Below the pieces are notes generated by a model. The model was given only the letters and a program-made list of their open reading frames with translations. It did no database searches and had not been told where the DNA came from. From assembly GCF_000497125.1 (NCBI RefSeq), contig NC_090596.1:186001-250000 (forward strand): 64,000 nucleotides of DNA, in the 5' to 3' direction. Both the position numbers and the translations under genes were made by a program. Positions 55,089-64,000 of the stretch are shown here, in pieces; position 1 is the first letter of the stretch; each line of letters begins with the position of its first letter. Source of the stretch: Spironucleus salmonicida (Eukaryota).

Positions 55089-56009
55089 TCACTCAAATTT
55101 TAATTCCAACTTAATTGGGACGTGATCACTTAAAAACTAACAATCATCATCGATATCTGCTCCAGTGATAAATTCTTATATTTGTTCATCAACCAAAAAA
55201 TAATCTATTCTCCAGCCTTATTTTTTAGCTCTAGAATTTCCAAAGTTACTAAACCATGAATATTTAATTTTCTCTCCATTTACTTTTCTAAAAGAATCAG
55301 TCAATTTAAGTTCAGTAATTAATTTTTCAATAGCATCCATTTCTTCTTATGTTGCACCTGGTGAACCAAAATTAGACTTAAAATTATGGATGTCTATTTC
55401 ACTTCTTATTGAATTTAAGTCACCACAGTAAATAAGAGGCTTTTCTTTTTATTTTTACTTCAACAAAAATCTGATTTCATCTTCATAGTCCATTCTTTCA
55501 GGTAAAAATGAAATACCACCACCTCTACCAGAATTCGGGACATAAACGGAGACAAGATTAAAATGAAGGGTTTGAATATTAATATAACGGCCTTCAAGAT
55601 TAATAAGTGATTAAGGAGTAAGGTGTAGACACGATGTCTCATATGATATAATTTATATATTTTTACGTATAAAAACACCAGTACCTGAGTAACCTTCTTT
55701 ATTAGTTGCAGAAGAGAAAATAAAATTATAATTGTTAAAAAGTTGGGGATAGTCTGGTACAGCATCGTTAATAAATGACTGTATTTTATTTACACCTACT
55801 TTAGTCTCAGAAATACAAAATATGTCAGGATTATTATTCATAATATACCCAACAAGGCCTTTTTTTAATGCTGCACGTATACCATTTGTATTCAAGCAGA
55901 TAATTTTATATTAACTTACATCTTTATATTATTCTGTATCAATAGTACATGGAGAATATGAAACTATTACTTCTTTCTATGGTTTCATACTTTGTTTTTT
56001 TGGTGGCAT
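55089..56009 (-). CDS. AP endonuclease / exodeoxyribonuclease III family, 306 aa
   Basis: NTNGIRA, DIFCISETK, GYSGTG, LEGRYI, VYVPNSG, CGDLN, GWRIDYFLV, SDHVPI motifs in one frame. Confidence 0.95.
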
Positions 56010-56070
56010 TTTAAAAAAGAAAAGGTAAGTATACAAAACAATTTGTTAAAAAAAGAATTGATAAATAAGC

Positions 56071-56724
56071 TCAGTCTTTACGCAATTCGTATTTGTGCTC
56101 ATGCATACCAGTACTATCGATAATATAGTACTATAAAGTATCCCCCGTATAAATTTCTCTTTCGGCTATGGCGAAATAAGCTTTTTTCATTAAATCTACA
56201 GCTTTATCAACTGTAATTTCAGATGTAGCTTTTCTAGTAACGATTGGCATTAACTCTTGATCTAAAATACCAATACCGAGACTTTCTCCTGATCCTGCAG
56301 CAGTATATTAGTAGGAACCAATACAACCTACAGCATCATATGCGTATAATTTAGCCTAATTATTTTAATCCAGCCCTGCAACAATATTAAAAGTATACCA
56401 AGGGAAAAATCTTCTATAGTAAAGATTAACACTCATAAGACGAGCTAACTCATCAACTGTTATTTATTCACCATTTTAATATTTAAAATTCTTAGCTTCT
56501 AGAGATAACTTTTAATGTAAATGTGTGGCATCAACTCTCATTCCCGCCATAGCTATCATAGCTTTATCAGTTACCTTATATGTTTTTGGTGCATGGCGAG
56601 ATAAAATGCCATAACCTTCAGAGGCCCTAGTATCGGATCCAATTACTACAAATCCATCACCAGCGATAGCCATGGTTGTACCCCCATTATCTGTATAGGG
56701 ATTGAAGCGATCATCATGAGACAT
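56071..56724 (-). CDS. PSMB1: 20S proteasome subunit beta-6 (PSMB1/Pre7), 217 aa
   Basis: RFNPYTDNGGT, GSDTR, RRFFPWYTFNIVAGLD, YDAVG, ERE..TGD, LRKD* terminus. Confidence 0.95.
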
Positions 56725-56778
56725 TTTAGAGGTTTATCAAATTAATGTATTATGATATTATATTGCATTATTTAAAAA

Positions 56779-59703
56779 ATGAAAAATTCATTAGTAATTG
56801 ATGCATTAACAGTAACTACTTAAAAATAAAAAGATCTTAAATTTCGAACATCAATAAAAAAGAAAAATAAAATGTATGCTTCTGCTGCCATTCATTAACC
56901 TATGTGCACATTTAGATAAACATAACTATCTAAATCATATGCAAGACAAACTGTGCAATAGTTATATGCTGAGGCTTTATCTGTCGAGAACACTAAGATA
57001 TAAGAATCTAAGGATTAGATTATAGTTTAAAAGAATACTAGCTTATTAGAAAAATTTAAACCGTCGTATTTTTATTATAACTAACTGAATTAAGAAGAAA
57101 GAGTACTATATTTATAAATAGAAAATCATATTTTTAATGATGAAGCTTTCCTTATAAATGTAGTGGATCAAAATATTTCAGGTTAAAAACTTGCACAAGC
57201 TTATAATATGGATTATATCATGGATTTTAAAGGGTTAGTTTTATTTAAAACAGGTTAGTTAAAAGTTAAATATTATAATAAAGATCTATATTCATCATAT
57301 CATTTGAATCAGTAAGCTTAGGTTGTCTATGGTAATTTGCTAAATATAATGAATAGATTTATTGAGTCTATCGATAAATTTAATTGTGTCAATTAGCTGG
57401 TACAGTATATAGTGTAATAGATAGATTATTCAGAGTTAAAAGATGATTGTTCAGCATTCCATGCATTAATCGGTCGAAAAGCGAATTCATTAGGTATTGC
57501 CAGGGTATTTTCATTATTGCTAAGATAATTTGATATTGAGTCTCACGTTGTAGCAGGTACATTTTTGGGAAAACTACATTACTGGAATATAATTAATTAC
57601 AAAAAAGAATATATCTAGGGAAATCTTCTTTCTCTTATAGACTCACCATTTCATGCATAAAATGACGATTTATTTACATTTATTGATATTACAAGTACAA
57701 TTTTAAATAAGATTGACATGCATATACCATATTATCATATAAATGTTGATTTTGAGAGAATAAATGCGGACCATTCATTTCTCAATTTTTTTATATATCC
57801 TGAAACTTAAAATTTAGTATTTTTAGAGGAAGCTATTACCAATCATTAAAAACTAAGAGATCTAATGAAGAAGATCTCGTTAAATCTATCAAAACTCTCC
57901 ATACATAATGATAAACTATACTATGATGTCTTAATTATTTTTGGATAAAAGTTCACTGATACACAACTATGGTTAGAGTCAAGATGGTCAGATATTATAT
58001 CAATGTTATTACGTTATGCACCAAATTTTTAATTGAAATCTTTAGAATTCCCACGAACTCCAACACCTGCATTTACCTTTGTTTTTTCTAGGTAGGAAAA
58101 GCAAGATTTTATTTTATATCCATAAATTTTTTCAACTTTTTAAAACCACTAGTTAGATGAATTAATCAATTTTGTAATAACATAGCATTAATTCATGAAT
58201 AAACTTATTATTCCTTTAGATACTGATAAGGATATGAACTATTGCATTCAGAATTTTTAAGAAGATTATATTCTGTAAATGTTACGCTTAAAGATTTTTG
58301 ATACAGAAAATCCCCTAGACTCGTGTATTTTTGGTTACAATTCGTCGGCTATGTTAATCGTGATAATTTTTATACATATACCAGAATATAATAACGTACC
58401 AAAATATGCAAGAAAAAATAGGCTTCTACTTCAGCCTAGTCTGCGCTATATTTATTCTACTATAGTTTAAAATCTTATGAAAAGAATTGATGAAATAACG
58501 ATTCTATATACGAAAATAATTACACAAGATTAATTAACATTTATTTTCTAATGTATCCGTCTCGACTATCCGGAACTATTTTTTACACCAATTATAGACA
58601 TAATAATGAGTTATGACCAATTAAAACGAGAGATGAAAATTTTAGTTCCCCTACCAGATTTTACGCAGTTGTAACATTAATCCAATTAGCTTAACTAAAT
58701 GCTCCTTTAATTACCATAAATTCCAAAAAATTCTTCAGACTATCAAAAATAAGAGATAATTTTATAGTATCTTATTAATAATTATTATGCTTACATATAA
58801 TTAAATCAAAATTCTACTTCAGCTTACGATTTTTTAATTGAAAAGTAGGTATCTTCCCAGTCCATTTCTACTGCATTTGCTCTTTTATGTTAGTCTTATC
58901 AAATTCCGGCATGCGCTGTAAAATCTGAAAAATCTAAACACTGTATTACACTCAACTGGATAGCCTCAAAATGTACAATTTTAGATCTTTATGTTTAATT
59001 TTAAGGAAGGATTGAACAGCAAAATCAATATTTTTACCCAACTTTCTCTTTCAATATTTCATATCTTTACTACAAATTAATCGATAATACCTTCTAAGAT
59101 ATAATAATCAAATAGGCAAATTCCACGTTAAATCCTATTTTCAAAAAGTATAAAATTGAGAATTTAGACGACTCTGGACTTTTACAGTTAAAATAATCAT
59201 TTAGCGAGTAGATTGTCCCATTTTAGCGATCTCCAATTGTATAAATCTGTCATACAAACATCAAATAATCTTTATTTTTCGATTTTCTTTATTCGAAAAT
59301 CACTTCAATATCAGCACATTTACTTATGAATCACTAAAAAATTCACCCTATAAACTTTAAGTTTGATCTAAGCAGTAAATTACCTGTTGTTTTAGTGCGT
59401 TTAAAATATGAAATAAATTTTTCTGAAGTTGATTTTCACCCGGATAATTTAGAAGTGGAAAACTAGAAAAATATTGCTAAATAAATATATTAACATATCA
59501 GTTTAAATAAGGAATTTAGTATATTAAAATTGAGCTATAAAACGTTACCAAATTTATATTAGTAACAGTTTTCACGCTACAAATTTGATTAAAACATGCG
59601 AATTTTACTTAAAAAGAAGATTTAGGAACATGTGGGGCAAATTTTTTATATAATTCCTTGTTTTAATGAATATTGTATTATATTTATTTTTGCTTAGTAG
59701 TGA
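56779..59703 (+). CDS. Tandem transglutaminase-like (papain-fold) domain protein, 974 aa, catalytic Cys apparently replaced
   Basis: YFYYNQLNQEERVLY, SAFHALIGRKANSLGIARVFSLLL...VAG...HYWN...FIDIT, and a second unit LDYPELFF...SAYDFLIEKQVSSQSISTAFALLC...KHC; ends TAG-TGA. Confidence 0.75.
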
Positions 59704-60340
59704 TGGGATGTAAGGAAAATATATAAGCAGTTTTTACTATAAATTCGTCTATAGAATAGAAAGGATTTTTATAGTATTAGTGGAATTTAATTTACAGTGA
59801 GTATTGTTTACTTTGTTGTTGATACTAAATAAGATTACCTATTGTTTGAGTAAATAACATATATTATAGTTTATAAAATACTTACTTAATAATACTAAGA
59901 GAATAAGTCTTTTGATATTGACTTAAAGTAAAATGGATCTATTGTAGGTAATCGGTAATTATTTTACTTTTAACAAGGCAATAATAGGAATTTATTTTAT
60001 ATAATGAAAGATAATTTTGTCTGTAAGAAATAAATCAATGAGTTAATTGTATATTTCTTATTGAATATATAATATTACATTTTTAATATCTTCGATTCTA
60101 AAAGTTAAATGAGTTTCAAAGATAAAATAATTACTTATGATAAATAAAAATATTATATTAACTTATAATATTATACTTAATTATTAAGCTGAAAGGTGTG
60201 TAATTTCATTAAATTATATATTGAGTCCTTGCAGTTAATAAAATTTATATATGTAAACAATTAAATAGATGAAAGAACAAACTAATTATATAAGTAATTC
60301 TATTATTATTAATGGTTGATTCATCCTTAACTGTTAATTA

Positions 60341-60541
60341 TCACTTCATACGACGGGCTTCACGTTCGCATTCCATAAGAACGATAACGTCATCCTTACG
60401 GATGGGTCCAATAGTGTTACGAACAAGGGTACGCTTGTCTTTACCTTATAATTCTACTTTTACCTGGGTAACGCCACCACGTGAGCTGGTACGCCCGAGG
60501 ATTTCGATAACTTTGGCATAGGTGATAGTATCAGCAGACAT
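60341..60541 (-). CDS. RPS28: 40S ribosomal protein S28 (eS28), 66 aa
   Basis: [66 protein letters not shown]. Confidence 0.97.
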
Positions 60542-60619
60542 GCACTTGGAGTGGAAGTATTAATTGTTTTTTAATTTTAATTTATTTAAATGTATAATAA
60601 GAATACATATATTCTAAAA

Positions 60620-62383
60620 ATGGAAGGCAAACTTGTTTCTGTTATTTTACCATCTGGACCTAGTCTTACTAGATCAATAAAGACTGAACTGATCTCGTTT
60701 AATAATAACAATTTTATAGCATATCCTTCTAATAAGTCAATTATAATTTTAGATCCTATTGAAATGAAGTAATTTGTATATGACTAACATAAATCTGAAG
60801 TAACTGCACTTGCGATACATCCTTAAGATTATTATATGGTATCTGGTGATTAAAAAGGAAATCTCATTATTTGGTCTTTGAATAATGAAAATCTATTAAT
60901 AAAAGCTAAATTTGAGCTATCACATCCTATTACTGCTATTTAATTCCATTCTGATGGGTAGCAGCTAATTGTAGCAGCTAAACAAATGTTCTAATTTAAT
61001 TTATAAACAGAGTTATAAAATCCGCTTCCTTCACCCGATTAACAGCTTACATCCGTCTGTTATTATAATAAAACATCAGCAATTGTTACTTCGATTTCTG
61101 GCCAGGTATTCAGCTATTATGGAAGAAAGTTAGCTTTCACTAAATCAATTGATCTAAATATTGCTATTACTAGTAGTATATATGTAAATAATCATTTAAT
61201 TCTTGTTGGTCAAAAAGGAACAATTACGATTTTAGACAATGATTTAAACATTATAAATTAATAATCAATTGGAGCTAGTACTATTTTTAATATAACCTCA
61301 TTTAATTTATTAGAAAAAACTAATATAGTTTGTACCTGCGCAGATGGTTCTATAAAAGTTTTAGAGCTTTCAGCAAGCCTATAATTAACTGAAATTGCGA
61401 GTTAATCCTTTATAACCACATTTTATTCAAATCAGCTTTTGTCTTTGGCTTTTTAGAAGCACAGCTCCCACTTTTATGCTTTTACTCTTTCTGGTAAATT
61501 TATTGACATAAATATTTCCAATTTACTTATTTCGTCCAATTTAGAAAATAGAATAAGATTTATTTGCTGCTCTAAACCTATTGAATATGTTATTTAAGCT
61601 TAAAATTTTCAAATTCTTTGTACTTAGAACAAAGGAATCAAAATCTCAAATAATTTGACCTAGTTTTCTATTTTAAACGAACAAAAGTTTGACTAAATCT
61701 TTTAAAATAGAGTACTTTTTGCCAAATAAATTGATAACGGTTCGATAGTTGGTTTTACAACAGTTAATTTTTTTACAATTGTGGATGATATTTATAGTTA
61801 AAAAGCCCTTAATATAACTATTCATAGTGTATCACAATATAACAATGATTTTTTGCTATTCTCAGCTTAAAAAATCATCAAATTCGAAATTTCAAACGTG
61901 TAAACGGTAGTTTATACATGTGAAACGGAAGAAATAACCTCAGGTGACTTTAGTGATGGTATTTGCGTGATTTCTACGCTAAAAATGAAAGGGGTGGAAA
62001 TCGGCGAGATAAGAGTATTAACTGATTTTTCAAAAATTTCTAATTCTTCAAAAATTTTTACACTCCCTATTTACGTTAAAATAACAAAGAATCGTGTTTT
62101 TGCAGCTTCTTCTGATAATAAATTCGTCATTTTTGACTTAACTGATTTTGAGAAAGAAGATGTCTGGCCGACTTTCAGCAGACTAGAGCAATGCTCTAAG
62201 ATAACTGGAAGAGTTCAGGGTATATTAGGAACCATTGTTTTTGGTAGCAAGGGATGGATAGAACTCGCAGATGATTTTTCAATCAAGCTATCTAAAGATT
62301 CAGATGTTGCGGTGACTTACGTTGGTGAAATAGGAGATAAATCCACGATTTTCATATGTAGCGGTGCGGCTATTGCAAAGTGA
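60620..62383 (+). CDS. WD40-repeat protein, AIP1/WDR1-like, 587 aa (alternative ATG at 60590)
   Basis: PSGPSLTRS...IAYPSNKSIII...YDQHKSEVTALAIHP...SGDQKGNLIIW resembles the AIP1 first blades; length fits a double propeller. Confidence 0.7.
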
Positions 62384-62389
62384 AATTTA

Positions 62390-63745
62390 TCACTCACTAT
62401 TTTTGTACTTTCGCAAAAACTTTAAATGGATGATTTGGAGTTATCGGGATCTAAAATCAATCAGATTTGTGATTAAAAAGAGTAATATTTGAATACTTAG
62501 CCAGAAAAAAAGAATTTCAGAAAGTTTATTTGCTAGATTAATTGCTTCCTTATTGATTCGTGATAATGAAAATGTGACTATATAGCTTATAAGAAGCACG
62601 AGTTATGAAAATATCGAAGGGAAAAAGCGACCGAATTTGATAAGTTCCAAAATTAAAAATTAACTAAAGAAAAATGAATTAGTGCTGACAGCTAACAATA
62701 CAGATTTCTTCATTTGGCATAATGTGAAAATTTCAGTATTGAAAAAATAAACAATACAAATATTAACGATTTAAAAAAGCAGACCTGAGATAAAAGCAGA
62801 TTTGATCAATTTTGAGTAGTTAGCTTTTTTATAGTACTGCTAAAACACCAAAAGTGTTTTAAATACTACATTAGCATTTAAGGTGCAGATATTGATAAAA
62901 ATAAAAATACCAACATTTTAAATTTTAGATTACTCTAATATCTTCAAATCAACATCGATATTTTTTGTATCACTTTAAATTGTAAAAAATGCAAACAAAA
63001 CCCATAATTTGGACAAAAGCAATGGAACAAAAATCTCAGATTGACGTTTTATTGTATCTAAGTTAAATGGAATAAAATAGCTAGGAGAAGTGAAGATAAA
63101 CTATGAACGAAATTCTTTAAAAAATATTATACCCATTATAGCTAATGTAAATCCGTTCCCAGCAATATCTGAAATATGTAAAAAATGCATTTAAAAAATG
63201 TTATCGTTTAATCTATAGGTATAATTCAAAGTAAAAAGTTGAACTGACGTTCTTATGAACTAAAACGATCCGTTAAGCCCAAAATTACCGAAAGACTTTA
63301 ACAGCGCCATGAAAAAATCATTTACTGCGTTGAGTAGATAACGCAAAATAATTTAATTACAGTAAGTTTATAAATTAAAAACATAGCCAATTACAAGTTG
63401 TGAAAATGCAATTATACTGAATATTAAAATCTAAATGTAGATAGCATGCGATATTTATATTTTTGTGAATTAGATTTGGTTATACGAAATATATTTTCCG
63501 ATACCGATAGTCATTGATTCGGTTAATGCTTATGGTACAGCTTGCAATAGAAGAAATTCATAAGGTATTATTAAAATATATTAGGAGAATATGAAAAATT
63601 CCTATTATGATAATATGTAGAAGACTTAAATCTAATAAAGAAGTTGATATGATGTAATAAGTATTTATATTGAGAGCGCAAATAGATATATTTTTTGTGG
63701 GGAATTTTAGTTAAAGATTATTTATGTTTTGAAATTTTTTTCCAT
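62390..63745 (-). CDS. Multi-pass membrane transporter, MATE-like, 451 aa
   Basis: Open frame MEKNFKTQII...KYKNSE* with about 10-12 hydrophobic segments; size and spacing fit a divergent MatE family member (inferred). Confidence 0.6.
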
Positions 63746-64000
63746 TACAAAACTATTGATCAGAATTATACAATAATTCCCAAATTGTAATTATCTTTGA
63801 AAAGTATCTAGTAATTTATATATAATAATCTAATAAAACTGCAACCCGTTAAAGTATAAATAGATATAATTATAAACAATTCAATAGAATTCATATTTAT
63901 ATATATAATTTATTACATTTTAATAACGTTTTTATCTTCTAAGTTTTACTTTTTAATTTTTATGTTGGAATCGTCATTGCTATTCAAAATATTAATGGTA

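Noticed and set aside
55089-56009. APE domain as part of a non-LTR retrotransposon
   Set aside because: It is a stand-alone ExoIII/APE1-type gene with no adjacent reverse transcriptase, sitting among housekeeping genes.
1-64000. CRISPR array, prophage or other prokaryotic systems
   Set aside because: Gene content is eukaryotic and no repeat-spacer structure is visible.

Overview
AT-rich eukaryotic DNA, most likely a hexamitid diplomonad (Spironucleus/Hexamita-like). It uses the reassigned code TAA/TAG = Gln with TGA as the only stop, so the supplied standard-code ORF track fragments or misses nearly every gene. All CDS calls below were re-read by hand in translation table 6; long ORFs were frame-checked by eye, UTP20, GCN1, CDC45, NOP53 and the WD40 gene only partly. 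Left part (1-19.4 kb): repeat-rich and gene-sparse. It holds three alpha-tubulin copies (one inverted and cut by the window edge), a ~5.4-kb near-perfect direct duplication, a ~3.6-kb (TATAT)n satellite and a damaged tRNA-Gln. The duplication covers most of a cysteine-rich membrane protein gene, a spacer and alpha-tubulin. The two cysteine-rich genes have different N-terminal domains (~51% identical, all Cys kept) on a nearly identical body. Right part (19.8-64 kb): very compact, intron-less housekeeping block with IWS1-like, UTP20, ankyrin/protein 21.1-like, COG3-like, Vps62/beta-tripod-like, NOP53, CDC45, GCN1, AP endonuclease, proteasome beta-6, a tandem transglutaminase-like protein, RPS28, AIP1/WDR1-like, a MATE-like transporter and several hypotheticals. 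Other patterns: stop codons enriched in an AGTGA context, its reverse complement TCACT just upstream of several start codons, and a GC/CpG-rich island with an apparent C-to-G skew switch inside GCN1.
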